Shown here: in pieces, positions 7,026-16,027 of the stretch
How positions within the stretch are numbered: the first letter of the stretch is position 1
Layout: each line of letters begins with the position of its first letter
Source: an uncultured Bdellovibrionales bacterium
GTDB lineage: Bacteria > Patescibacteriota > Minisyncoccia > Moranbacterales > DUUL01
DNA: 30,953 nt
Assembly: GCA_964599525.1 (NCBI GenBank)
Contig: CAZRER010000001.1
Span: 1 to 30,953, forward strand
Direction: 5' to 3'
The notes under the pieces: model-generated
The model's input: the letters and a program-made list of their open reading frames with translations, nothing else
Told to the model about the DNA's origin: nothing
Databases searched by the model: none
Position numbers and translations under genes: made by a program

Positions 7026-7114
7026 ATTAACTTACTTTTGTAAATTTAATATTGAGAGTATTGTTATTTATCGATACTACCTATAGTATCTAATAATTTA
7101 AAATTTTATCATTC

Positions 7115-7142
7115 ATTTCAAATTTCAAATTTCAAATTTAAA
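7115..7142. repeat. Heptamer array (ATTTCAA)x3 plus a degenerate copy
   Basis: Copies at 7115, 7122 and 7129, then ATTTAAA. Confidence 0.85.
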
Positions 7143-7172
7143 ATTAGAAATCCTCCTTCAAACAATAAACAC

Positions 7173-7213
<41 letters not shown>

Positions 7214-7214
7214 T

Positions 7215-8744
7215 TTATCTCGCATATTCCACCGCCTTCGTTTCCCGAAGCAAATTTACTTTAATTTCTCCAGGATAATTCAAGTCAGCTTCAATTTTTT
7301 CCGCAATACTTTTAGCAAGTTTAATTGCTCCCAAATCATCAACCTTTTCTGGATTAACAAAAACTCGAATTTCCCTACCGGCTTGAATAGCATAGCATTT
7401 ATTAACCTCGCTAAAACTATTTGCCGTATCTTCTATCTCCTCCAATCGTTTTAAATAATTTTCCAACGTGTCTTTTCTAGCACCAGGGCGAGAAGCACTT
7501 AAAGCGTCAGCAGCAGCAACAATTAAAGAGTAACTATTTTCAAAAGGATAATCTTCATGATGAGATTTCATAGCATCAATAATATCCTGTGACTGCTTAA
7601 ACTTCTTCAAAATACTTATACCCAATTCTATATGAGTACCTTGCACCTCTGCATCAACAGCCTTACCAATATCGTGTAATAACCCAGCTTTCTTAGCAAG
7701 GTTAGTATCCAAACCAAGCTCCGCTGCTAAATATCCCGAAAGATGCGCCACTTCTAAAGAATGCAACAATACATTCTGTCCAAAACTAGTTCGATATCTT
7801 AATCGTCCTAATAACTGTGTGAGTTTAGGATCAAACCCCGCAATACCCACATCGTAAACCGCTGCTTCCCCAGCCTCCATTGCTCTTTTGGAAACAAGTT
7901 CTTTAGCTTCCTTAACGGCTTCCTCAATTCTTGTTGGGTGTATTCGTCCGTCCTCCAAAAGTTTTTCTAAAGTCAAACGAGCCGTCTCTCGACGAATTGG
8001 ATTAAAAGCAGAAATAACAATAGCTTCTGGTGTATCGTCAACAATAATTTCCGCCCCAGTCAATCTTTCAATAGCTTTTATATTTCGCCCCTCCCGACCA
8101 ATTATCCTTCCCTTTAATTCGTCAGAAGCAATTGAAATAGTTGTAGTTGTTGTATCTGCGCTATGAGAACCAGCATATTTTTGCATCGCCATCACCATAA
8201 TATCCTTTGCTTTTTCCTCTAGGATCTCTTTTCTATCTCTTTCCAAAGAGGCCAATCCTTTTGTAACTTCATCTTTATGTGCCTTTTCGGCAACAGCTAT
8301 TAAAACTTTTTGAGCATCTTCCCTTTTCATTTCAGCAATTTTCTCTAGTCTTTCTATTTGTTGTTCTTTTACTTTCAAAATCTCTTCTCTAATATTTTTT
8401 ATTTCTCCCGCTTTGTGCTCTAATCTTTTTTTATCTTTTTCTATTTTGGAAATTTTTTGATCAATTTTTTGTTCTTTTTGTTCTAATCTGTCTTCTCGTT
8501 GCTGGATAGAACTCCTCCTCTTGGTTTCTTCTTTTTTAACCTCTTCTAAAATTCGAACTCCCTTATCTTTAACATCTAATAACTGCTCTTTTGCTTTCAT
8601 TTTAGCCTCATCCAATAATCTGGCAGCTTTTTCTTCTGCCGTACCAACCTGATTTTTGGCTACCAACTTTCTAATTACATAGCCAACAACTAACCCAGTT
8701 AGCAATGCTCCCGTTGCTATAATTATTGCTGTTGAAATATTCAT
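7215..8744 (-). CDS. rny: Ribonuclease Y
   Basis: N-terminal TM, coiled coil, KH domain (KGRIIGREGRNI), HD domain (LLHSLEV...LLHDIGK), C-terminal AIQAGREIRV. Confidence 0.97.
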   Translation of the reverse strand: MNISTAIIIATGALLTGLVVGYVIRKLVAKNQVGTAEEKAARLLDEAKMKAKEQLLDVKDKGVRILEEVKKEETKRRSSIQQREDRLEQKEQKIDQKISKIEKDKKRLEHKAGEIKNIREEILKVKEQQIERLEKIAEMKREDAQKVLIAVAEKAHKDEVTKGLASLERDRKEILEEKAKDIMVMAMQKYAGSHSADTTTTTISIASDELKGRIIGREGRNIKAIERLTGAEIIVDDTPEAIVISAFNPIRRETARLTLEKLLEDGRIHPTRIEEAVKEAKELVSKRAMEAGEAAVYDVGIAGFDPKLTQLLGRLRYRTSFGQNVLLHSLEVAHLSGYLAAELGLDTNLAKKAGLLHDIGKAVDAEVQGTHIELGISILKKFKQSQDIIDAMKSHHEDYPFENSYSLIVAAADALSASRPGARKDTLENYLKRLEEIEDTANSFSEVNKCYAIQAGREIRVFVNPEKVDDLGAIKLAKSIAEKIEADLNYPGEIKVNLLRETKAVEYAR

Positions 8745-9127
8745 TTTTAATTAATTGTCTAATCACAGTTATTTACACTCTTAATATTCTTTGAAAAATT
8801 ACTTACAAAATTAAATTCGTCAAATAAAATTAAATTTATTTTTAAAATCTTCTATCAAGCATTTTTATTCTAAGTGTGTTGTTCGAAATTTAATTAATTG
8901 TTTTAAATTTAATCTTGTAAAATATTATCTTAACTATAATTATCACAATATATTATTCTTATTAATATCTTCTCTATCCTCCTTTTTAAACTGTTGAAAA
9001 ATTTGATAGAAATCAAGAATAATCTTTATAAAATCCTTCACAAGACTATTCTTAACCTTTCTATAGTATATAATTTCTCAATACGCTTGTCAATCATATT
9101 AATACTATCTTTAATTAACCAAAAAAG

Positions 9128-9173
9128 TTATCCACAGCTACTCCTTGACTTCATTTTACAACTGAACTATACT
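9128..9173 (+). promoter_or_regulatory. Sigma70 promoter with adjacent perfect DnaA-box sequence
   Basis: TTATCCACA at 9128-9136; TTGACT (9145-9150), 17 bp, TATACT (9168-9173). Confidence 0.55.
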
Positions 9174-9311
9174 ACCTTTCGTGACTCAATATTATTGAAT
9201 CACTTTTTTATTTAAATCTTAGATAAAAATTTGGAGGGGCAATTAGCTAATTTTAATTATTCTATAGATAATTATATTCTAACTAATTTGCATAAACACT
9301 AAAAATAATTT

Positions 9312-10070
9312 ATGAAACTTTACTCGCTAATAAAAAGCAAGCGACTCATAAAATCACAAAATCTAAAAATATATTTATTCATAGGGGCAACCGTTATAAT
9401 ACTTGGTGGCTTTTTTTATTCAAGAATTACCCTGGCTAAATCAAGCTCTCAGACAAATAAATCAACTAACGCTCCATCACCTGTAATTACATCTAATGAT
9501 GAAATTACAAAAAAATTGCAACCAATCTCTAGTATCTCCTCTACCACAGTGCAAAGTACATCAATAAGTAAATTTAATTTATCTAAACTAAAAAAAGAAT
9601 TAAGTATAGATTCCTTAACCACTAAAATGAATGCTTCTCAGAAAAATAATAGCTTAAAAAATAATATTGCCAATATTTTAATTGGCACTCCTATGGAGAA
9701 TATGATTGAACCGATTAGTAAACAAGATAAATTAGTCGCTGCTTTCTTAGTAGGAATAGCTCTAAAAGAAAGTGGGTTTGGTAAACACGCTCCAGTTCTA
9801 AATGGTCAAGATTGTTATAATTATTGGGGATATCGCGGCAAAAGAAAAAAAATGGGCACTGGCGGACATACTTGTTTTAACAGTCCCGAAGACGCCGTAG
9901 CAACTGTCGGAAAAAGACTTCACACTTTAGCAATTAAACAAAATAAAAACACCCCTCGTAAAATGTTAGTTTGGAAATGTGGATCTAGCTGTAATAATAC
10001 TGGCGGAATGGCTGCTGCCAACAAATGGGTTAAAGATGTTTCTATTTATTTTGATAAAATTTATTATTAG
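9312..10070 (+). CDS. Membrane-anchored protein with C-terminal lysozyme-like (GH73/glucosaminidase-like) domain, paralog 1
   Basis: N-terminal hydrophobic segment, S/T-rich linker, then AFLVGIALKESGFG...CYNYWGY...FNSPEDAV. The helix-ES-x-x-G plus N-x-W-G pattern resembles the lysozyme-fold hydrolases. Function is inferred. Confidence 0.6.
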   Translation: MKLYSLIKSKRLIKSQNLKIYLFIGATVIILGGFFYSRITLAKSSSQTNKSTNAPSPVITSNDEITKKLQPISSISSTTVQSTSISKFNLSKLKKELSIDSLTTKMNASQKNNSLKNNIANILIGTPMENMIEPISKQDKLVAAFLVGIALKESGFGKHAPVLNGQDCYNYWGYRGKRKKMGTGGHTCFNSPEDAVATVGKRLHTLAIKQNKNTPRKMLVWKCGSSCNNTGGMAAANKWVKDVSIYFDKIYY

Positions 10071-10141
10071 ACAATTATCCAGTTTGTAGTATAATACAAG
10101 TAGGAATGAATATATTTTATTTTTTATCATTTTTATAAAGA

Positions 10142-11593
10142 ATGAAAATAAAAACCAAGTACTATTGCTTAGTTGATAATAATAATAAACCTGATTTTAG
10201 GTTCATTTTTACAAATAGGGCAGACGCTCAAAAAAAATATCACCAAATAAAAAATTCTCTAAATGGAGAAACGCTTTTTGTATCCAAACAAAAAAGAGAT
10301 TTTTTTGTTGACGGTATTAAAAGAAATTTTATAAGCAAAACAAAACCAATTGACATCAAAAAAGGTTGCTGGGCAACAATGACAACTAAAAAAGTTTCCC
10401 TCTTAGATACAATTAAGCCAGAAACTTATTTCGAAAAAATTATTAAAGAGTCCCAACAAATAAAACTATCAAATCCTATTTTAGGTTTTGAAAATACATT
10501 GTCTAAATCATCTTTTCAAAAGGCTAATTTAAAAAAAGAAACTCTCTTCATAAACACTCCTACAGCTATTAATAGTCAAGAAAAAACATTATCTCATACA
10601 CCAACAAAAAAGAACGACTTTGAAAATCAATTTTCTTCAACTTTCTTGCCTAAGCTTGACGAAATCAAAAAAATAACTAAGTTAAAGAAAGTGGACACTA
10701 AAAAACATCATATACAAAACAAAGATTCTAAATACTCTGTATTCAAACAGCTAATCAGTCAATTTACTAAAACAAAGCTCAAAACTTTAACTAATAATTA
10801 TAATACACTTAATAAATATTCATTTATAAGAACAAATTTATTTGCTCTAAACTTTATCACAATAATAATTTTATGTGGTGCAATAATCTTTTATGCCAAT
10901 TTTTCCGCCAACAAAAAAATAGCTAATGCTCTCTCAACAAAACAACAACAACTAAGCTTAAATAAACAAAATTCCACTGAAAATATTGCCGTCCTTGGGA
11001 TTATGGATAAAAAAAACAACTCTTCAGATTTCTCTAATTCAATAAAAGAGTCTGACAATATAGATACCCTGGTTTTTAACACTTTAAAAGAATTCGAAAA
11101 AATTAGATCAGATCAATTAGAAAAATCAATTAAAAAAATGGTTGCTGGAACACCAATGGAAAAAATGGCTCCTTATATTGCCAAAAAAGACAAAATTGTT
11201 GCCGCTTTTTTAATCGGAATCGCCAAAAAAGAAAGCAATTATGGCCGACGTGTTCCCGTCTTAAATGGAAAAGATTGTTATAATTATTGGGGGTATCGCG
11301 GCAAAAGAAAGAGAATGGGAACTGGTGGACACACCTGCTTTGATAGCCCTAAAGATGCTGTCGAAACCGTCGGCGGAAGAATAGAACGACTAGTTAAATC
11401 TGGGGTTGACACCCCAAAAGAAATGGTTTTATGGAAATGTGGTTCAAACTGTAATACTACTGGTGGTTGGCCAGCAGCTCATAAATGGATTAGAGATGTA
11501 AATATGTATTACACCAAACTACTTGACACAGCTAAAAATGATGAACAATCATCTGAAAAAGTAGAAGTTTTAAATGAAATTATATCCTCTTAA
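10142..11593 (+). CDS. Membrane protein with large N-terminal region, central TM and C-terminal lysozyme-like domain, paralog 2
   Basis: TM segment LFALNFITIIILCGAIIFYANF; C-terminal ~130 aa clearly homologous to paralog 1 (GIAKKESNYG, CYNYWGYRGKRK, GHTCF, WKCGSNC). Candidate promoter TAGACA-16-TATAAT at 10068-10095. Confidence 0.6.
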   Translation: MKIKTKYYCLVDNNNKPDFRFIFTNRADAQKKYHQIKNSLNGETLFVSKQKRDFFVDGIKRNFISKTKPIDIKKGCWATMTTKKVSLLDTIKPETYFEKIIKESQQIKLSNPILGFENTLSKSSFQKANLKKETLFINTPTAINSQEKTLSHTPTKKNDFENQFSSTFLPKLDEIKKITKLKKVDTKKHHIQNKDSKYSVFKQLISQFTKTKLKTLTNNYNTLNKYSFIRTNLFALNFITIIILCGAIIFYANFSANKKIANALSTKQQQLSLNKQNSTENIAVLGIMDKKNNSSDFSNSIKESDNIDTLVFNTLKEFEKIRSDQLEKSIKKMVAGTPMEKMAPYIAKKDKIVAAFLIGIAKKESNYGRRVPVLNGKDCYNYWGYRGKRKRMGTGGHTCFDSPKDAVETVGGRIERLVKSGVDTPKEMVLWKCGSNCNTTGGWPAAHKWIRDVNMYYTKLLDTAKNDEQSSEKVEVLNEIISS

Positions 11594-11597
11594 ATTT

Positions 11598-13088
11598 TTA
11601 AACTAACTTAACACCCCCCTTTCTTAAAACATTTTTTATTTTTTCTTTTGCTCCAGCTGTTTTTACAAAATTTAGCCAGTCTCTATTTGGTAATTTAGAA
11701 TTTTTTGTAGTAATAACCTCCACTAAATCACCATTAGCCAATGTTGTGTCTAGTGCAGACATTTTTCCATTAATCTTAACTCCACTAGTTCTATTTCCTA
11801 TCTCACTATGCACTTTATAGGCAAAATCAATTGGAGTTGCTCCTTCAGGCAACTCAATTACATCACCTGCTGGAGTAAACACAAAAATATAGTCTTTAAA
11901 AAAATCAATTTTTAAAGAAGACCAAAACTCATCCGACCCACCACCAGTCTTACTATGCCATTCTTTTAACTGCTTAACCCACTCTATCTCTTCATTTGGT
12001 ACTTTAGGTTTATGTCTATTTCCAAAAATATACCTCTTCCAATCCCCTCCCTTAGTTTGGTCATAGATCCAATGTGCTGCAATTCCATATTCCGCTTCAT
12101 CATGCATTTTTTCAGTTCTAATTTGAATTTCCATAATTTTGCTCTTCGGACCAAAAATTGTAGTATGTATTGACTTATAGCCATTTGGTTTTGGCAACGA
12201 AATATAATCTTTAATTCTTCCAATCAGTGGTTTATAATTTTTATGAACTACCCCTAAGGCTTCATAACAATCCGCCACTTTTGGTACAATAATTCTAATT
12301 CCGACTAAATCGTACACCCTATCAATATCATTATCATATTTTTGTAGTTTCTGATACAAACTAAAATAATGCTTAGCCCGTCCATGAACATCAATAAAGT
12401 CAATACCTTCCTCCTTTAATTTTTTTTTAAGTTTTTTGATAACTTCATTTACATATTTTTTTCGAATTGGGTAAACCTCCCTTTCAATATCTAAAACATA
12501 TTTATAGTTTCTAGGATCAAGATATTTAAAACACAAATCTTCAAGTTGCCCTTTTAACTCCCCAATACCTAATCTATTAGCAATTGGAACAAAAACTTCC
12601 ATGGTTTCCCTAGCAATTCGTTGCTGTTTTTCTCTTGGCAATGAAGAAAGAGTTTTCATATTGTGCAACCGATCTGCTAACTTTATCAATACCACCCTAA
12701 TATCAGCAGCCATCGCCAAAAACATTTTTTGCAAATTATTTAAATAATATGTTTCTTCGCTTCCCTTTAACTGAACTTTACTTAACTTACTAACACCTTT
12801 AACTATAAATGCGATATCTTTTCCAAATTCCTTTTCTATTTCTTCCAATGATACATCCGTATCTTCATAGGTATCATGCAACAAGGCAGCCGACACAGTT
12901 ATTGATCCTAGTCCCATTTTTACTAAAATCCCTGCTGTTTCAGCACAGTGTACAAAGTAATCTTCCCCCGAAGCCCTTTTTTGACCTTGATGCGCTTCAT
13001 GGGCAAAATTATATGCTTTACTGATACGCTCCTTTTGCTCAGTTGTAAAAGGAATTTTTCTAAGTTTTAATAATTGTTCCAATTTCAT
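11598..13088 (-). CDS. rel: RelA/SpoT homolog, bifunctional (p)ppGpp synthetase/hydrolase, ends after the TGS domain
   Basis: HEAHQGQKRASGE, LLHDTYEDT (HD intact), KLADRLHNM, GRIKDY (RxKD), KPNGYKSIHT, TGS domain VFTP..DFAYKVHSEIG. Likely start is the ATG at 13088, which avoids overlap with yidD. Confidence 0.95.
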   Translation of the reverse strand: MKLEQLLKLRKIPFTTEQKERISKAYNFAHEAHQGQKRASGEDYFVHCAETAGILVKMGLGSITVSAALLHDTYEDTDVSLEEIEKEFGKDIAFIVKGVSKLSKVQLKGSEETYYLNNLQKMFLAMAADIRVVLIKLADRLHNMKTLSSLPREKQQRIARETMEVFVPIANRLGIGELKGQLEDLCFKYLDPRNYKYVLDIEREVYPIRKKYVNEVIKKLKKKLKEEGIDFIDVHGRAKHYFSLYQKLQKYDNDIDRVYDLVGIRIIVPKVADCYEALGVVHKNYKPLIGRIKDYISLPKPNGYKSIHTTIFGPKSKIMEIQIRTEKMHDEAEYGIAAHWIYDQTKGGDWKRYIFGNRHKPKVPNEEIEWVKQLKEWHSKTGGGSDEFWSSLKIDFFKDYIFVFTPAGDVIELPEGATPIDFAYKVHSEIGNRTSGVKINGKMSALDTTLANGDLVEVITTKNSKLPNRDWLNFVKTAGAKEKIKNVLRKGGVKLV

Positions 13089-13098
13089 TACTTTAAAA

Positions 13099-13332
13099 TT
13101 AAACTTCATCAACTCCTCCTTCGTTCCAAGGATGACATTTACTAATCCTTTTTATACCTTTACCTGCCCCTTTTATAATTCCATATTTTTCGATAGCCTG
13201 AATTGTATATTCTGAACATCTTGGGTGGAACCTACAAGTAGGCTGATGTGTATATAATTTACCAATCACCCCTGTATCAAGTGATAAAAATTTCTGATAA
13301 AATCTAATAAACACTATAATAATTTTTTTCAT
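13099..13332 (-). CDS. yidD: Membrane protein insertion efficiency factor
   Basis: YQKFLS...CRFHPRCSEY...AIEKYG..KG....RISKCHPW..GG.D pattern. Confidence 0.95.
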   Translation of the reverse strand: MKKIIIVFIRFYQKFLSLDTGVIGKLYTHQPTCRFHPRCSEYTIQAIEKYGIIKGAGKGIKRISKCHPWNEGGVDEV

Positions 13333-13401
13333 TGTTTTCCATAAATTAAATATTCTGCTATAATTAGTATAACTTACAATAATATAAAAATCAAAAAAAT
13401 A

Positions 13402-14322
13402 ATGTTAAAAATAATAGAAAATAACAATTTAGTCTGGAACCACATTCAAAAGCCAACAAAAAAAGATTGGCAATTTATGGAGAAACATCTAGATATGCCT
13501 CCTGAGATTATGTTGGAAATGGTAGATACTATTCAACAACCACGCATTGAGAGATGGAAGGATAATTTATATATCAATCTTAATGTCCCTCTCTTTAATC
13601 GAATTAAACAAACCACCGAAACTGGAGATTTACATATTGTCATCTCTCCAAAGGAAGTAACTACTATTATATTTAAACCCAATCTTCCCGTAAAAAGTAT
13701 TTTCCATCACGCCAACAAAAGCAATCGCTTCCGTAACGAGCTAATGCAGGAAAGCGTTGGTTTATTTCTTATAAATTTTTTAGAAGAGTTAACTAGTTTA
13801 TCTTTTGATAAAATTAAACACATTAATGAAAATATTGATTGGGTAAAAGAAACTATATTTGAAGAAGACGGCTATAATCATGTTCAAGAAATATCCAAGA
13901 TCAAATTAGATATCCTAATATTCCAAAGAATTCTTAAGCCACAAAAAAATATTTTAAACACCATGCTTAGTGAGAAATTTGAACAATTATCCACTTCAGA
14001 AATCAGATCATCTATTAGACACCTAATTCAAACAAACATCAAAGTATGGAATAGTATAGAGAGTGCCCAAGAAATAATTGAATCCCTAGAAATAACAAAT
14101 AATTCGATGGTTTCTTACAAATTAAATAATACTATGAGATTTTTAGCAGCCGTCTCGCTAATTACTTTTGCCATGTCCGTGACCTTGGGAATTTTTAGCA
14201 TAATCCCTTTCGATAGCTTTCCCATAGCCCGCACACCCGGCATGTTTCTTATAGCTATGTTTATGCTTGCTCTCGTTGCTTCCATTTCTATTCTCGTCTT
14301 CCGACAAAAAAAATGGTTGTAA
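13402..14322 (+). CDS. corA: CorA-family divalent cation transporter
   Basis: WNHIQKPT, PRIE, helical coiled region, two C-terminal TM helices after 'KLNNTMRFLA'. The canonical GMN motif is degenerate (GIFS). Confidence 0.8.
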   Translation: MLKIIENNNLVWNHIQKPTKKDWQFMEKHLDMPPEIMLEMVDTIQQPRIERWKDNLYINLNVPLFNRIKQTTETGDLHIVISPKEVTTIIFKPNLPVKSIFHHANKSNRFRNELMQESVGLFLINFLEELTSLSFDKIKHINENIDWVKETIFEEDGYNHVQEISKIKLDILIFQRILKPQKNILNTMLSEKFEQLSTSEIRSSIRHLIQTNIKVWNSIESAQEIIESLEITNNSMVSYKLNNTMRFLAAVSLITFAMSVTLGIFSIIPFDSFPIARTPGMFLIAMFMLALVASISILVFRQKKWL

Positions 14323-14407
14323 TAAAAACACTTTCAGATAATTGAGAGGTTGTATATGGTTAAATAGTTAAGAAAAGCCTACCAAACTCCTTAATTAATT
14401 ATTAGCC

Positions 14408-14447
14408 AATAAAAACTTCGACGATATGTATCGTTGAAGTTTTTATT
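14408..14447. terminator. Long hairpin between convergent corA and DUF167 genes (likely bidirectional terminator)
   Basis: AATAAAAACTTCGACGATA-TG-TATCGTTGAAGTTTTTATT, 19-bp stem with one G:T pair. Confidence 0.75.
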
Positions 14448-14494
14448 TTTCTACATTATATACCATCGGTCTAAACTTGTTCCTAAATAATTTT

Positions 14495-14716
14495 TCATTC
14501 CATAACATCTATGATTTTTGTCTTGGTTGTTTTACCGCCAACTATTTCTATTCTACTTTTAGCAATCTTAAAATATTTAGCCAACAATTTAATTACTGCC
14601 TGATTAGCTTTCCCTTTTTCCGGCACAGCATTTACCCAGACCTTATATTCTGCTTCAGAAATTTTTTCCACTTTATTCTGACTACTTTTCGGCACTACCC
14701 TAACATATATCCGCAT
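14495..14716 (-). CDS. DUF167 (YggU/UPF0235) family protein
   Basis: IYVRVVPKSSQNKV...VWVNAVPEKGKANQAVIKLLAKYF..AKS.IEIV.G.T...K. Confidence 0.9.
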   Translation of the reverse strand: MRIYVRVVPKSSQNKVEKISEAEYKVWVNAVPEKGKANQAVIKLLAKYFKIAKSRIEIVGGKTTKTKIIDVME

Positions 14717-14782
14717 AATTATTTTGAATTTAAATAAATATACTTTACAGCAATTTATGTTCTATTTTTTTTAACAAGTAAC

Positions 14783-15268
14783 CTAAAACAACATCCCCAA
14801 ACTAACTTTACACCTATTCTCATTCCGCTGGTTTAATTTCTGTTTCATTTTTCTAACAGCATAACTATTATGCTTCATTACCATTTTTAAAGCATCTCTA
14901 TCCTGAATACTAAATCTCCCACCAATCTTATTTCGAAAAATACTATTTCTTCTTGCATTACTGTAAATTAAATTTGGCAAAGTTCTTAAATTAAAATCGA
15001 CCCCAACTTCTAATCGATGTTTATTATCATTATATTTAGGTAGTCTATTATCCTTATATTTTTTAATTACCAAATCTCCCAATCGAACTTTTAATGTTCG
15101 AGATAATCTTATTTCTTCCTTTTCCTCATTTGTCTTAGCATATTTACCAGTGCCAGTAAGACCCCCTACTAAATCGAAACCTCCTGATTGTTTACTTTGA
15201 GAATTATCCTCTCTATTCTCTAAAGTTCTATTTTTGTTTGTGCCAAACAAAATACTAAAAAATCCCAT
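14783..15268 (-). CDS. Hypothetical basic protein
   Basis: 161-aa ORF co-oriented with its neighbours, K/R-rich, N-terminus MGFFSILFG. Confidence 0.7.
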   Translation of the reverse strand: MGFFSILFGTNKNRTLENREDNSQSKQSGGFDLVGGLTGTGKYAKTNEEKEEIRLSRTLKVRLGDLVIKKYKDNRLPKYNDNKHRLEVGVDFNLRTLPNLIYSNARRNSIFRNKIGGRFSIQDRDALKMVMKHNSYAVRKMKQKLNQRNENRCKVSLGMLF

Positions 15269-15289
15269 ATTTTTAATAATTAACGGTTC

Positions 15290-15952
15290 TTATTCACTTA
15301 AAAAATCACTCAATGTGCCTTTTGAAAATATCTTACTATTTCTTCTCGCTCTACGTCCAATTTTACTAATTTTCCGCTCGCTAATATTTCTAGCAAGCAC
15401 AGCTTCATCTTTATTTTGTATTCTACCAAATTGTCGTTTAAATTCACCTCTTTGAGATAATGCTTTAATTTTTTTGGCTATCATCTTTCTATTTCTATCA
15501 CCAGCATTATCAACTAAACCACTACTAATCTGCATCTCGCCTCTTCTATATCCTTTTCTCTTATATTTAATATCGTTTGCACCATCATCAACTATTGTAT
15601 ATTTAAGATTTTTTACATTATCTATAAACGATTCCCTCTCTGTCGTTATCTGTTTTTTTGCTAATTGTTGCCGCCGCTGTCCGACCAAGGCATCATAAAA
15701 CCCCCATTTTTTCCTTTGGGGCAAACCAGTTGACGCTCCTCCTCCTGTTTTTTCACTTTGACTAAATACTGGCACACTCGCCACCTGCCCACACGAAGAA
15801 GAATTACTGCTAACTGAATTATTACCAACGGAAGTTTGTCCACCAAAATTTGTCCCATTACCAACACTACCAACGCTAGATTTCCTAACCCCACCACTAA
15901 ATTTGACTCCTCGTGAAAAACCTCCTGCCATTCTACGCGGTCTAAATACCAT
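15290..15952 (-). CDS. Hypothetical basic protein with G/S-rich low-complexity N-terminus
   Basis: 220-aa ORF co-oriented with its neighbours, very K/R-rich. Confidence 0.7.
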   Translation of the reverse strand: MVFRPRRMAGGFSRGVKFSGGVRKSSVGSVGNGTNFGGQTSVGNNSVSSNSSSCGQVASVPVFSQSEKTGGGASTGLPQRKKWGFYDALVGQRRQQLAKKQITTERESFIDNVKNLKYTIVDDGANDIKYKRKGYRRGEMQISSGLVDNAGDRNRKMIAKKIKALSQRGEFKRQFGRIQNKDEAVLARNISERKISKIGRRARRNSKIFSKGTLSDFLSE

Positions 15953-16027
15953 AAAAGCAATTTATTCTTAAGATATAATTCTATTACTTTAAAATAGATA
16001 CTACCTCTTAAAAAAATTAATTAACAT

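Noticed and set aside
8745-9311. AT-rich intergenic region with a DnaA box as candidate oriC; ORF 8994..9215
   Set aside because: Only one perfect box, no cluster, and no dnaA/dnaN nearby. The ORF is low-complexity AT-rich sequence overlapping a promoter.
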